A stretch of 64,000 bases of DNA from Lama glama (Eukaryota): positions 98,892,001 to 98,956,000 of the forward strand of contig CM052817.1 of NCBI GenBank assembly GCA_028534125.1, read 5' to 3'. This document shows, piece after piece, positions 36,107-51,110 of this stretch. A program made the position numbers and the translations under genes. The notes beneath the pieces were generated by a model, which saw only the letters and a list, made by a program, of their open reading frames with translations, did not search any database and was not told the DNA's origin. The stretch's first letter is position 1. Each line of letters begins with the position of its first letter.

Positions 36107-37529
36107 CTGCAAAAGGCACAGGCAGGTTTGCGGGTTAAGAGGTGCTAATTACAGGCAATAGAACCACAGCTGTCACCTGAAAATGTCATTCTATACTTCT
36201 GGCTTGTTTCACGCTGGAAATCAACTCCCTGTTTTCACAGTGGGGTGAGGCACCTGGCAGGGGCACCGAGGGTGAGGTCATTCTTCTGTCCCATGGATGC
36301 TGCTCCTTTAAAACCCTGCAAGACCTTCTTTTGCTTGGTGATAGGAAACAGAAACCAGCTATTACAATCAGAAATTGTCCTTTTTGGCTTCATCTCTGTT
36401 TTCTTGCCCCCCCCCTTTTTTTCCTGGCTTGCATCATCCCTGATGACTTAAGCTAATCTTTTACAGGTATACAGAAAACCTACTGCTGTTTTGATTCTAG
36501 GCCCCATTGCATCTTGGGATGCAGAAAAAGAGGAAGAAAGAACCACAGCACCTGTGAAAATGGCTTGATGCTATTACTTTTGCCAAAGGAAGAGCATTAT
36601 TGTTGACAGTCTCTTTGAACCTAGGTGGCTAAACAACAAAGTCAAAGCCATATGTTGCTCCAAGCATGAGCCGGTTAACCCAGGGACTAAATGAACATAA
36701 GAAACATGTGTGTGCGCCCTTTTCCAAAGATGTGTGCCTGGGCCCTTTGTAGCGCACTCCCGACCACGGCTCTGCCTGCCCACCCAGCACAGATGCTCCC
36801 CTCCCTGATCACCAGGAACCCTCTCGTCATGGAGACTGTTAGAGGCCAGAGGCGAATACTGTCTGTAATGATTTTCTGTGTTTCCTTGTTTTTGGCTGTC
36901 TTTTCCCACCAAAATACAGGATCCATGACAGCAAGGACCTTATCTATCTTCTTTACTCTTAGAGCCCAAATTTGGGTGAATGAATAAATGCTACAGTATG
37001 TATGAGGTGGGAGAAGGAAGCAAAGATACACGAAGACAATTTCAATACCCCACAGAGTCAATATTCATAACTTCTGGCCCAAAAGGATGAAGAAAACCTT
37101 ACATGTGTAAGGAAATATAGGTTCATCGTGCTATTTTTTTAATCCCTGAGAAAATGAGTGATCAGTTTTTATATGCTCTGTACAACTTTAGGCAATTAAT
37201 AAATCATAAACAGGGAAATACCATCATTATCCAGTATTAATTTCCTTGTTTTATTTGACGAGGATACCATTAGTAGTCCTTTACAATGACCTTGCAAGAC
37301 ACAGTGATAGCAATTCAGTCATTTCAATGATCAACAACTCTGTACACAGCAGAATTCGGTGTCAGTGTTTCTGCCCTTGAAGAAAGTATTCTTAATATGG
37401 AAAGCAGGGCACAGGTACTTGGATGGTTTGAATAATAGTTCGATGCAATCAGTACAATAAGGTCAAGGAATGTGCTATGACTTGCTTAGGCAGGAAAGCC
37501 TGGAAAGCACCTCTGGGAGTGGTAGGCGG

Positions 37530-38050
37530 AGGGAGCTTGGGTTCTGAAGTCACACAGACCACGTTCACATCCTGACTGCACACCGCCTCTAAGCCATGTG
37601 CCCGCAGGTAAGTCACTCAACCTACGTTTCAATTTTCTTCCTGCAAAATGTGGGTAATAGTAGCGCCCCCCTCACAGAGTTATATTAAGGAGTAAACGAT
37701 ATATATGTAAAAATCACAGCAAAGTGCATATTAATACAGACTGATCCCTCAATATGCCGTCAGCAAATATTCACTGAGGGCTGCTAACAACAACATTTAT
37801 TTAGTACTTACCATTTGCCAGGAACTTTTCTAAGTGATTTTACTATCTTGTATCATTTAATCTTTAAATTGTATGATGTGAGTACTTAACTACATGCATT
37901 TTTTTCACTATATGCATTTTATAAATAAGGAAAATAATGCACAGAGAACTTTAATGTCTTGTCCAAGCCCATGGAGTAATTAAATTAAATTCAAAATCTG
38001 CATCCAAGCAGCTTGATTCTATAGCTCAGACTCTCAACCATCAAGCTACT
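37530..38050. mobile_element. Two adjacent MIR SINEs: plus strand about 37530-37740 and minus strand about 37790-38050
   Basis: caggtaagtcactcaacct...ctgcaaaatgtgggtaatagta; acatttatttagtacttaccatttgccagg...cattttataaataaggaaaa...gcacagaga. Confidence 0.6.
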
Positions 38051-38639
38051 CTTCCTCCTTATCTGTCAGGGAGTATGCCACGGCCCAGGGATAAGACTGA
38101 GCACACAGAAAAACATGAGCTTACAATCTGGTGAACGAATTAATAAGTTACCTCTATTACCAACATCATTGTCAGCATCACTGCCGTGAACAAAGTAAAG
38201 CATGTTCAGACACAGCTGGAGCAGCACGGCTAGGCAAGGGTTGGTTTTATATAGTAGATGAGAAGGCTGGCCCTAGACTTCAGAAGCAAGGGAAGGAGCG
38301 AATAGGAAGTGAGGAAGAGAGACTAGGATCATTTTAGAACAGCGTCTAAAACATTTTTGGATGGGGTGAAATCAGTTTATGATCAACCTCTGGGACAATC
38401 TTGAAGAAGAAAATATATCACAAAGTGGCAGCTTGAAGCCTAGAGGTAGACACAAAGAAAGAGGTGAGAGGGCTGTTCTGTTATGATATATGGATTTATA
38501 ACTGGCTTTATGAATGTGAACCTTAAGTCTCTTTTAAAAACAGTTAACAAAGCCAGTGCCCTTCCTTTGACTGCTGCCTTGGGTGGTCCCTACCCAATAG
38601 CTCACATGCATTTTCCCCCATTAAAAAGAGGGGAGGGGG

Positions 38640-38850
38640 GGACGGACAGCTTCCGCACTTGGCCTGTTGAGTCATATGATTCAGGATGCTAGTCCTGACT
38701 TTGCCATTTATTTGCTATCTGACTTTGAACACGCAGCTTAATCTGTTTCCCCAGTGATGAGACAGAGTTAATAGTAATCCCTAGTTTATAGCATTGTTTG
38801 GGAAATTCAATAATACATATAAAGTGCTTAGCACAGTCCCGAGCACATTC
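38640..38850 (+). mobile_element. MIR SINE
   Basis: ctgactttgccatttatttgctatctgactttgaac...acatataaagtgcttagcacagt. Confidence 0.65.
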
Positions 38851-41800
38851 AAGACATTAAATAAAATCATATTGTTAGGTTTGGGGTTCAGCATGATCCC
38901 CATTTAACACAGCTAAACTTGGGAAGGAAGAAACGCTTCAGGAGTTGATGATAATGATAAAAAATATATGATTTTTAGAAACTGAAATCAGACTCAGGAT
39001 TTCAAAGTAAACTACAGGGAGGGCTAAGTGCCTGGAGACAGAGAGGTTGGAGATTCAGACAGCAGTCCAAAGCGTAAGGAACTGTACACCTCAGCCCTTC
39101 TGGAAGCTGTGTTACTTGAAAGAAAGGGATAAAAAAATGAACGATGATCTAAGGAAAAATCAACAGGTCTTAGAGACCAAGGACTTTAACAATGAAGAAA
39201 AGAGAAAACACAACACTAATTCTTTTCTTTTGAACTTGCATTTGTTTAGAGAGCAGTAAAGCAATGACTGGACAAACAGGTCTCCACGAGGGAGAACTGG
39301 CTTGGCAGGAGAAAGACAGTACATTTTATGTCAGATGTGGAGTCTGAAGTGATACTGAGAGCCATCTACCCAGGCCAAGACGTCCCGTGTGCAGAAGAAA
39401 GCCCCAGTCTGGCTCTGAGATGAAACATCAGAGGTGCTGACTTGGTGTCACTCATACAAGAGAAACTGAAGTCAATGGTTTTTGATCTTTCCCTCTCATT
39501 GTGCATATGTGTGTATTTTTAAGCAGCAGAAATGACTTCCTTTTTCAAATGAAATTTTACATGAAACCTCAATACAAAAAACAGTAATAAAAAGACAGAG
39601 GAGGGGGTGTGGGGGGGTGAAAGGGGTATAGGGTGATGTGGAAGCCACAGATGAGAGTTCCCAAGACACAATGGTCAGTAACACCAACCACCATAGAGAA
39701 ACTAACAATAATGCCATTATCCCACAAGGTGGGACTCAGGCAGAGCCTTCTGGAGAGGGACAGGACTAGAAGACTGAAGCTGAGGGCGACTAATCTAGGG
39801 GAGGCAGTGGTGTGAGAGGAAATGTAAGGCAGAAGCGGCTGGTTATGTTTGTAGAAGAAAATTGGAAACACTGTACAGGGAATTGGATGAGGGAATAAAA
39901 GAGAAGTACAAAGACTTTCATTGCCTTTATGACAGATGAAAATGTAATGTACCTGGCCTTAATACTACATATCCTGCTTTGCAGTTTACATTGTTCTGAA
40001 GTGAAAATGACATGGGTGATGAGACAACTTTCAAAAACACCAATCTCCTCTTTTTAACACTTAAAAAAAAGGCTTAAAATTTTAACAGAATTTCCACATT
40101 ACTGACCCTTTCTTTTTCAAGTCACGGAAAACAGTGGTCTGATTATTCTGTCTCAAAGACAGTTAATAAAAGCTGTATTATCCCACATAGATTAAATAAT
40201 TTTCTTTCCAAGTCCTCAAGACATCTAAAAATATTATAGAACTCTTAGACACAAATGCTTTATTTCTTGACTAACCTCTGAGTGGTGGTGAGTGGATGGT
40301 GATAAAAATACAATAGGAAGGGCTTTTTCAAGTGTGAAAATTATGGAGTAAGATTGTAAGGTAATGACTATAATCTCAAATCTTTATAGTCACACTTTAT
40401 AACGTCAACTGATAATTCCAGACTCTCCTCGTTGTTTCTTAAACTCATCTGCCATTTTCATTCATCTTAATCTCTAAAGCCATTTACACTGGTGATCACA
40501 CCCTGGTTTCTTCACATTCTCTCTGGCTTCCATGCCTTTATGTTAGCTGGGTTCTCCAACCTACTCCTTTATTCTGTCTTTTGCTAACTTCTATTCTTAT
40601 TTCTCATCCATAAATGAACTCATCACTGCAAGTTCTCTTTTCACACTCCAATTTTCTCAATATAAATGTTCTGTCCTATTAAATTTTTTTTTTACTGTTA
40701 TGATTTCAAATCTTGCCTCTCTTTGAAGGATTCCAAATCTAAAACCAGAGGGTTGTCGACTTCTACGAAGTATCCATTTACATGCTTGCCTGGTGGCTTT
40801 CCACAGACACTGTGTTATGTCTCAGCACACCTAAAATTAACAACTCTAAAATCTGGAAAAATTAATTTTATTCTAGCATTCCTCAGTCAAGGGTGAGACT
40901 CCTCTTTTATTTTTGAATGCTCAGAAACTTACTAACATTTAAAAAATTTACCTCTTTCCTTCATAAATAATCAATCACTAGACCCAATCACTTCTTTTAT
41001 GAAGTTTTCCACATTCATCACTTCTTTTTGAGTCCAAGTCCCTTATAATTCCAGGTATTGAGTACTGGAAGAGTCTCTTTACTGTTGTTTGGAATTGAGT
41101 TTCTTCCTTCAGTGTATCCTGCGGAATTGAGTTTTCCCAAACTCTCCTTTGTGTACTCTTCCCATGATCAAATGTCTTCAATCGCTCGCCAGTACTTAAA
41201 AAAGACTGAAAGTCTTCCCGCCTCTCTTAACTTCTATTCCCTCATCCAGTTCCCCGTACAGTGTTTCTGATCTTCTTCCACAAACATAACCAGCCGCTTC
41301 TTCCTTACATTTCCTCTCATGCCACTGCCTCCCCTCGATTAGTCACCCTCAGCTTCAGTTTTCTAGTCCTGTCCCTTTCTAGAAGGCTCTGCTTGAGTGC
41401 CACCCTGTGGGTGTAATATTTCCCAAATCTTATAGCCGACTCATGTTGCCAATGACACTCTTGATTCAGGCTTCCTTACAATGTTATTTAACTTTTAGCA
41501 GATTCCTGGTCTGTCTCAGCAACTATTCCCTATACGGTCAGAGCATCGCATCGCTCAGGGCTCTGCAGCAGGGAGAACGGTACCTTGCACACAGTATTCA
41601 CACAGCAACGAAGGTTACCGAGCACCTCTGATACAGCAAGCCCGCCTGGACCCCTGCGCCTCATCTCGGGGTGTCCTGGGAAAAACAAACTCAGGAGATG
41701 AGCTCAGTTCTAAACGAGGCAAAATGGGAGCGAGGGGGTGGCTGGGGAGTGATCAGGGAGGGCTGATATCCGCTCCTGCAAAGACATCAGGAGAGTCTTT

Positions 41801-42589
41801 CAGAAAAGTCCTAAAAGATGTCACTAAAGGCAGGCATTCTCAGATTTCAGCCCCCAGCATACCTGAGGGCATGGCAACACTCCAGGTTCTCCCTACAGCC
41901 ATGATTCTTAAGGACCAAGTGAGAAATCCTGGGGGCCACGTGATTTGAAAAAGCCCCTCAGGTCATTTTATCACTCTCTCTTCACTCCTCCCCTCAGCCC
42001 TCTGTACACAGCAATAGAAAATTTTGAGGCATAACTGAGGTCTGAAATCACAGGAAACACACAGGTATAATATTCAGGAAGGTGCACTGGTAACAGAGTA
42101 GCTTAATCAATTCTACCAAATGCCTAAACTGTGTTTAATGAACTCTCCTTCACCTAGAGAGTTTTGGTCCCAGGTGATATATTCTTAGAATTTATTTATT
42201 ATGGTAAGTTTTTATTATGGAATAGCATAATGAATCCCCATGTACCCATTAGTCAGTTTCAATAATTATTAACACTTTTGGCCTCAGGTTATCTTAAGGG
42301 GGGCTCAGCACACTCAGGCAATGTGCTAGAAAGATTTATTGGAAAACAGGAGAGTGTGCCTGCCTTTAAGCAGTTTATTTTTTTCAGGTCTACTGCAAAA
42401 CTACACTGAGAACAAAAATATCAAAAATGACCTGAAATTATAAACATTAGCCAGCAGCCTTCATTTTGTTCAGAAGGATTAAACGTACCTGAACCTGTAA
42501 GGAGATGTTTAAACCTACAGTTGCTAATTTGATTAGGTAACTTCTCTAGTTAAATTCCTTCCAATCAAATTCCTTACCATAGGGTGGCC

Positions 42590-42900
42590 CCGGAGCGTGG
42601 GGTTACGTATGCAGACACTGGGATCAGACTGCCTCAGTTCAAAGATTAGCTTTATCATACATTAGCTGAGTGACTCTGGCAAGTCACTCAACCTTCTGTG
42701 CCTTAGGTTCACATCTAAAAATGGTGATAATAACAGTAAGTATTTATTGGGTTGTTGTGAAGATTAAATGAGATAATATAAAACACGTAGAATGGTTCTT
42801 GACATATCAGTAACTGTTTGATGTTATTATTACAGCATGTACGTAAAAGATTTTACATAGTGTCTGGCTGAGGTTAAGTAAGCATTTAATAAATGTTACG
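42590..42900 (+). mobile_element. MIR SINE
   Basis: tcagactgcc...attagctgagtgactctggcaagtcactcaaccttctgtgcctt...catctaaaaatggtgataataacagta. Confidence 0.8.
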
Positions 42901-42999
42901 ACCTACTTACAAGTAAGATGGATAGTCACCTAGCTTCCCATGTTTCCAGTCTCATCCTGACACTGTCCCCCTCACACTCTGCATGTGAGATGTAAGTTG

Positions 43000-43342
43000 T
43001 CACATTGCCTTTGCATACACTGTTTTCCTAATGTTTCTATTCCCTTTTTCTGTGTGTGGTTGCCTCCTCCTCATTCTCTAAGACTCAGTTCAGGCATCTC
43101 TGTACTCTGGGGAATCTCTTTCTAGATCTCATCCACACTGTTGCTGCCCCTCCCTGTTGCTCCTGAAGCACTGTGCACAGACCCCAACCACCGACTTAAC
43201 TAAAATTCTAGTTACTGGTCTAATTTCTGTCTTATCAATTAGACTCAAAGTCTCCTTGAGACCAGAGACTGCTAAGTCTTTCTTTGCTTCTGGGGGCTTG
43301 ACACACAGTAGGTGCTCAATAAATATTCACTGAATAAATGAA
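43000..43342 (+). mobile_element. L2 3'-end fragment
   Basis: ttgcctttgcatacactgtt...acacacagtaggtgctcaataaatattcactgaataaatgaat. Confidence 0.75.
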
Positions 43343-44699
43343 TCTTATCCATTCATAATTCAGCAGTGACACAGCTGAAAGATACACTCCTAACACTACT
43401 ACAGAGCAGCCCAGCACTGAAAAAACATTCTATTAAACATCGCTACCACAAAGCTTACTTCATCCTCGTCCACCAATTCCCAATTACTTCTGTAAATAGC
43501 CTCTTACTACTTTCTATAGTAAACCTGAATTCAGGCAGGCAGCATTCCAGATGTTAAAATACATAGTAGTAAAAAAGACTACACAAATACTTCAAGACAC
43601 TCCAATAAAACCACATATTTGTATTTTATAAACAGCATCTCAAATATTACCTAGAGAATTTATTAATGGATTTCCAAATGGAAATATTATGAAAAGATTT
43701 TCAGCAAGCTGTGTATTCTATTGTTTTCTGTGCCAACGACTGCATAATTCCATGATTTTTATGGCTATCGAGAAAGGGGCAGAATATAGAGAGAGAATAC
43801 AGGTACACACGCTAGATAAAACGAAAGAATGAAAGAAAAGAAAGAAAAGGGAAGGAAAGTAGACTGGCTTAGTGACAATGCAGGACTTCAACTTAATAAT
43901 GATTATTTTAGTCTCTTTGCAATAGTCTTTTTAATCTAACAGAGGAAACAAGTTAACTCAGTACAACACTTAGTAACCAACAATAAAGCTGTAAAACTAT
44001 TTTAAGATGGGTTTGGGGGAGAAAGAACTCAAACATATGGATGCAATTAAGGTAAACACATAAGTACTCTGCTCTTTTTAAGCACACAACTCCGAAATTG
44101 CATTTTATCCCCTATGTATTTACATCGAAAAGCACTATAAAATTGGGATGGGGAAATGGAAAAAATCATTTATTAAGAAAAAATGCCATTTATTAATATA
44201 TTAAAAATTTCTGACATTACCAAAATTAAATTCTAGAAAGCTATCTTAAGATTCAAGAGTAACTCCTTACCAAGAGATATTTACAAATCCAAGTGAGACT
44301 TCATACTTTGGATTTCAGAAATTAATTCACTTTTCATGTTTAGAAAGAGTCACATTACAGCCAGCGAGTGACTTCTCCTGTGTTACGTATCATATTAGCA
44401 CTTATGTCTGTTTTCCTCCTGCCCTTCACACATTTGAATTAAGCTGGAGAAAACCTGCTGGATATTTGACTGGTTTCCACTCCGTTTACTAACTGACTCT
44501 CCAGTGAACCAGCTTCAGTGCCCTTTGAAGCCCCTGTAAAAATTTAGCTTTGGTATTAGCAAATTAAAAAAGCACACTAATCTTATGTTTAAGTTAGCAT
44601 TTAATTCCTGAAGGACAAAAAATTCCGGTAACATTAACCAGTAAGGCCAAAGAGCCTCACATAACAAGTAAATGTACTGATTAAAAATGAAGCCTCTAA

Positions 44700-45790
44700 A
44701 AAGAGAAAATTATCTTTATAATATATATGGTCTTGTTTGCATAACACCTCTAGCTGGTGAAAAAAAAAAAGGCAAGGCAACATTTAGAAACATTGAGAAG
44801 CTAGACCCTTCAACATAGGTAATGAAATACAGAGTTACTTTTGAGTACTTAGAGCAATAAAAGCACAAAATTTTTAAAAATTTAGCATAATGAACCTAAC
44901 TCAAATTCTTTAAAAGAATCTTTTAAGATTGAAATGTAAATATTAAAGTGCCCTAGAAAAAAAAAACATCGAATTCAAACCTTGTAAAGCATAATGCAAA
45001 AGATAAATAGCCCATCAAGAAAAGTGTCATGGATGTATTACTAGCATGAGGAATTTCTAAAACTCAATCAGACTTTTTGTTCAAAATAAACAATAGCCGA
45101 TATTTAGTCAAAAGATTATGCAAAGTAATCCACACAGAAGAGGGATAAAGTGAAGAAATAAGTTAACTGAACAAAAGTAATTCTATATAAATTAGAACTT
45201 GAAAGACAAAGGTTTTTAAGTTTGAGAAATTAGACAGAGAAAAACAAAAACTTAGTTAAAAGTCAAATTTTCATGTTTGCAAATAAAGACTGAGTTACTG
45301 ATTCCACTTTTGCAAATTTTCCTAAAAATCAGACCAATTCAAAAAGATTTAGACACAAAGATGGTTATTATAGCACTCTGCAATAGTAGAAATTAGGGCG
45401 GAAAACTAATTAACTATGTTAATGAAATACATGCAGTCATTAAAATGAGTGAGTTAAGCTGAATATATGTGTCATGGAAACTAGTCTATACTATACTGAT
45501 GAAAAAATTCCCAGTCACCAAAGAATACAGTGTATGATCTCATCTAAGTAAAAAATAAAAAATAAAAATTAAATAAACACACATTTCTATGTGCTATGTG
45601 AGTACATGCATGAATACACATGTGTAAAATCTGGAAAGGTACATACCAAACTATTATCAGCTATTATCTCTGGTGGGGGGATGGATGAAAAGATTGGCAG
45701 AATAAAAATGAATACCTTCTTCACTTTTATACTTTTGACATCTTAGACAAAGCATGTATTACTTTTAAGATCAAGAATAGTAAAAAAAAA
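44700..45790 (+). mobile_element. Ancient LINE-1 (L1ME-type) 3' fragment, highly decayed; boundaries approximate
   Basis: A-rich; cacaaagatggttattatagcac; ctggaaaggtacataccaaactattatcagctattatctctgg; agcatgtattactttt. Confidence 0.6.
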
Positions 45791-48700
45791 TTCTGTTTTG
45801 AAAAAAATCTAAAACTAAAAAAAACCTATGAAAGTCCAAAGAAAAATCTGACAATATTTGATATAGCTTTATGAACTTCAGTTTTTCCAGTAAGCAGAAG
45901 TATTTCTTAACCATCTAGGATCAACTGTAGCTGATAAATTGGTCACAGATTGTAAAATAAATAGACCTTGCGACGAAACTAATTTTGTTATTTTGAGCTT
46001 ATTCCTTAATTTATTTTCATCTGACTTCAAGAAGCCATTAGTTTTATCAATATTTTACCATCGTTTATTATTAATTAAAAATTTAAAAAGGTATGACAAT
46101 TTGTAAGTACACTGTTCTATTTACATTAGGTATTTGAGGGCGTATGTGTATCATGATGGTATTTAAAAAGCAAAGAGAAAGAGTGCCTTGTTAAATAAAA
46201 TAAATCTCTCTTAAAAAAAAAGACTGCAGAGGGAAAAATTAGGGAGGAAAGGAGTATTTTTACTTATATATCTACTCAATAATTTTATGGAAGTTACTAT
46301 AAAGTACTTATAAGTTGTGAAAATATGCACAGATTTCCAATCAGTGCCTTTAGCTGAGCCCATACATTCCAGGCACATTACACGGAGGCCCAGCCCAGCC
46401 TCACTACAATCTCCATTTCTTGTAGCTGTCCATCCACTGCAGCATAATCCCAGCTGCCAATCTGAAAGAAACCAGCTAGTCAGAGCAGACACAACCAACA
46501 GAAACAAATGTCACTCAATAATGTTCAGCGGCACTGTGTTCATGGATAATTTCAAACAGTATCTCTGTCTAGAACATTGATGTGCTCATTCAAAACACCT
46601 CCATCTCTAGCTACTGGAAACGAGCAGATAAAGCAGCCTGCCTAGAAAAATAAGTGGAATGTTGCTTCAAAGACATGGCCAATACTAAGGGGCAAACAGT
46701 GGAAACATAGTAAAAAGTTAGTAAAGGAAAAAAAAGAAAACAGCAGGACAGTTAATTTATTGCATTCAGAAGGTTAAAATTATTTCTCAGAACCAGACAG
46801 ATATGTTTAAACTATGTCATGGTCATTCATTTGTTAAGAATCACTTAGTCTATTTTTCTCAATAATATTTGTGAGCATCCACTGTGTAAGAATGCTGAAA
46901 TGAGGTACACTGAGGAATTCCTGACTCAAAGAACTTGGAGCCTGAAAGACAATACACATACACATACACATACACACAACACACAAACACACCCCGCCAG
47001 TTACACAGTACAGGCCGGGACAGAGAGAGGGAAGGCAACAAGTTTCCTGTTACAACGTAGTTACATCATACTCAACATTGAGAAAATTTGCTCTTGACTT
47101 AAGTATTTCCTGAATACTGTGCTAATGGAATCTCAGTTGCTTCTTTGTACCAATAACGAAGACTAAGAATAGAGATTCTAAGTAAACTCCCTCATCTTTG
47201 TTAGAAATAGAGCTACATTGCTATTCTGAACATTTAGAAATCTGTCACACTTGAAAATAATCTTACATAGATTTTCAAATCTATGTAATCTTTACTCTTA
47301 ATTTTTCTAAAAACTTGCATTTAGTTTAAAATTTCAAGAACAAAATTCAGTCACTTGATTTATGAGTAATTTTTACACTTTCAATTTAAAATGAAGACGG
47401 TGCCTGAAAAGAGCAGAGGTTTATGACAAAAGGCATTGGCATAATAGAACGGGTCAGGATTTCTTGGGGAGCAAATAGGGAGAAAATCATAAAAAAAATA
47501 TTAATGCTTTGTTTTATCTCCTTGGATGTATAATTTAGCTCCACCTATTTAACTAGTAAGTCTGCAATAGGGCTAATCACTAGCAAAATACAGAGATTAG
47601 CTTTTCTGGCAACTTCGATGTTTATTTAATCGACTAAGGGAAAACTGTGATTGTGGTTTTAATACACAAGAAAGTCTGGCGTAATTTCAAGGTATTTTTT
47701 ATGTAGGTTTTCAATTAAAACTTGACTAATCCTTACCGTTTATTTGGCTTTTCACTGTACAGTTCCTGCCCTGCACTGTGTCAAGCATGTCATCTGTGTA
47801 ACACAATTCTGGCCAGAGATGCTTCGGGATTATTTTTTTAACACTCTAAATTGTGGCTGCGTGAAGTCTTAACTTCCCGCATTCAATACTTCTAAATTAC
47901 TCTACTGCTACAACCATCGTAACCGCGTTGTCCTGTTGTCCTACTTCCAAATCTCACTGCAGTCACAGCAAAGATTCCTGCCCCACCTGCTTACAACAGG
48001 CTTACAGACCATTCCTCTAACTATTTAACAAATGTTAACAATGCTATAAATACCAATTGTGTTTATGCTTTCTGAAAGATTCACTGCAGCCAGTGTTCTG
48101 CAGTAGTGTTAGGGCTGAAATAAGCTGTTGACTCCCACCATGAAAGTGATTGAATTCTAAGCCAAAAATGCCTTCTCTCGGATAAGATATCTGATTTGCT
48201 ACTGCTGTCATGAAACTGGGGTCATGTAAACTTAAACACTGCTGCTGCTTCTTTTGGAAAACAGACCTTCTCAGAGTGATTATGTGTTACTAACACGGCA
48301 TTTGGAAGGATAAATTTGGAAGAAAGAAAACCAACCACTGACACTAAACAACTTTGGGAAAACTTATCAGGTTTTACTTTCACGCTATGAGACTCACGGT
48401 ATATAATTCTTTAAATAGACCAACAAGGTGGCTCTCCTTTAACTTTTCCCTACCCATTTATGTTAACAGAGCTGAGTTCCATTTTCAGAAGGAAATTAAT
48501 AACTTTAATTTCTGAACTGACATAGACATAAAATAACACTGCATTTGCTTGAAAAGTAAAGGAGAAAATAATGCTTCCTGAGGAAACGTGGTGAGGACTT
48601 AAGGTAAGGTGCAAGATGAAAATGCAGAGATGACAGGGTTCATATTTATGCTGTCCCTAAGCAAAACCTACATGTGCAGTCTGTCTTTCGGCCTTTGAAT

Positions 48701-49699
48701 CTCCACCTTTTCTTCCTAGCGCCAGCACACCCCAGGGTCGGCCCCTGCTGCCCTTACACAAAGGCTGCTCGGACCCTGTTGTGTCTGTACTTTTCCTTTT
48801 GTCAAAATCTACGATCAAGTCCTATGCACAGAGCTGAATGACTGGAAAAAGTTGTTTCCCTGCCAAAAACCTGTGACTAAGTAAATTATCTATAATGGTG
48901 CAGTTTCAGGCATTAGTAAAAGGCAATGAATTGTGTGGCAGAGGCTTTTTTCTGTAAATATCAAAGCACATCATATAGAAACTATTATCACTGACTTCAG
49001 CACGTGACTAGCCTTAGCGAACAAAGACCAAACTTGGGGATAGAAGCTTTCTACTCTCTTACTTTATACTTTCATATTCTTTGAAATTTTACAGTTAACA
49101 CACATTTTTCTGATAAATAAGTTGTTAAATCTCTTTATATAGCCATTTAAATACATATACATATACACACAGTTTAGTAGTGAACCCAGAAATCTAGAAT
49201 TCATGAATCTTAGGCCAAAAGCCTTCTTGATTTTAGAAAATGATGGTAAGAGCTACAATTAACAGTGGTGCAGCGAAGATATTTTCCCTAGGAGTTGAAG
49301 TGATCTTTTTGGTCCTCCTCAAATATGATGGCAAAAATGAAGAAATAAATTTAAATGGCTAAAAAGTATGAAAAAGAATCCTAGTTCAGTGAGTTAAGTA
49401 ACACACTATGAGCTCAGAGGTCCTAATTTCTGAGTGAGACAAAAGTTAAGAAATTACAAATTCCCTCACCTTTATCAAAGTTATCAGAAGATCATTATAC
49501 AAAGTCAGTATCCAAGCAACATTAAACACCGCCAAGCCCAAAAAGTAATCACAAAAGACCTCCAAACAGCCAAAAGCAAAGTCAGCATCCTGATGCTCAT
49601 GTTAACGTGCATCATTTGTTCGGATTTTCAGACTTTTTTCCTCCAAAAAGAGAAAGAGTTATGGGCTGGCTTTTTTCTCTTGATTTAAAAGAGAAATAC

Positions 49700-51110
49700 T
49701 TTTCAGACTATAGGAAGTACCAAATGAAAGAATTCCATAACCTCACTGACCAAAGATAATAACTATAACAATGACTATCTTTGGTTAGATGACCATATAA
49801 ACATCTTGGGGTCTATAATTCCAGAAATTTCCTAAGCATATATACACATCATAAAATTTGTATTTTCTGTGTTTCGTAACATGTTTTTCAATGTAATATG
49901 GTAAAATATTCTTCCATAGCAATACATATAGACCTATATAGCAATATTTTTTATTCCACTTTATGGATTCACCAATATTTTTTTAACTAGTTCTCTACTG
50001 TTAAGACATTTATGTGGTTTTTGTTTCTTTGTGGGTTTTTTTTTTTGCTATGATGAACAACTATACACCTGAACTTTTTTTTTTTAAATACCTGTTCAAT
50101 TATTCCTTTTGGTTAAAGCTCTAAGAGTAGATAAGTACTGTAAAAACTGATACAGATTGCTATAAAGATTCAACCTATTTTCATCCTCACCAAATATATG
50201 ACAATGTCTGTTTTTTAACCGATATTAGGAATTTTCAGTTATTTTTCATCTTAGAAAATTTAATAGGCAAAAATGTGTTAGATTTTAAATTGAATTACAC
50301 TGATTACTAGTGAGGCTTCCTTCATGGCTTGTATTTCATCTTTTGTGAGTTATCTGTTCCTGAACTTATTATTTATTATTGGTTTTTTTTTGGATGTACA
50401 AAAACTTGTTTTTATGTAAACAAATATATAAATTTCCTTAATGACTTCTGTTTGATATTGACTTACAAAATGGGCCTTCTCCATTCCAAGATTATAAAAC
50501 TATTCACCTATAGTATCTTCTAAGTTCCGTAGTTGTACTCTTTATATTTACAATACAATCTTTATTCCAAATAAATACATTATTTCACCCATACATTTTT
50601 CACTTCAAGATGTGAAACAGGGATTTAAATTAATTTGTTGTAACAATTAGCTGGCTGTCCCAACATCACACTGAGTAAGACAGCCTTTCCCTGGTGACTT
50701 TAAATACCACCTTTGTCATATACTCTTACGTGTAATATTGCTATTTCTGGAAGCTCTATTCTGTTCCACTGAACCTTAGTTCCTTCACCAGAACATAGTG
50801 TTTTGTTTTGTTTTGTTTTCACTGAAGTACAGGTAGGTACAATGTGTCAATTTATGGTGCACAGCACAATGTCCCAGCCATGCACCCACACACACATATT
50901 TGCCTTCATATTCCCTTCCACTACAAGATACTGAATATAATCCCCTGTGCTATACAGAAGGAGCATATTTTTTTAAATCTATTTTTATATATAGTGGCCA
51001 ACACCTGCAAATCTCAAACTCTCAAATCTATCCCTTCCCACCCCCTAGAACACAGTGTTTTGATTACTGTAGTTTATGTTTTTATATCTGGTGAAGTAAT
51101 CAAAACCTAC
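49700..51110 (-). mobile_element. Ancient LINE-1 fragment, host of the younger insertion at 50805-51046
   Basis: T-rich; ctgtcccaacatcac...cctttccc...accacctttgtcatatact...ctctattctgttccactg; the L1 motif gttttgattactgtag resumes after the insert. Confidence 0.65.
50805..51046 (-). mobile_element. Short 5'-truncated lineage-specific L1 3' end with a 15-bp TSD
   Basis: TSD agaacatagtgtttt (50790-50804) / agaacacagtgtttt (51047-51061); (GTTTT)n tail; tcccctgtgctatacag motif. Confidence 0.85.
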
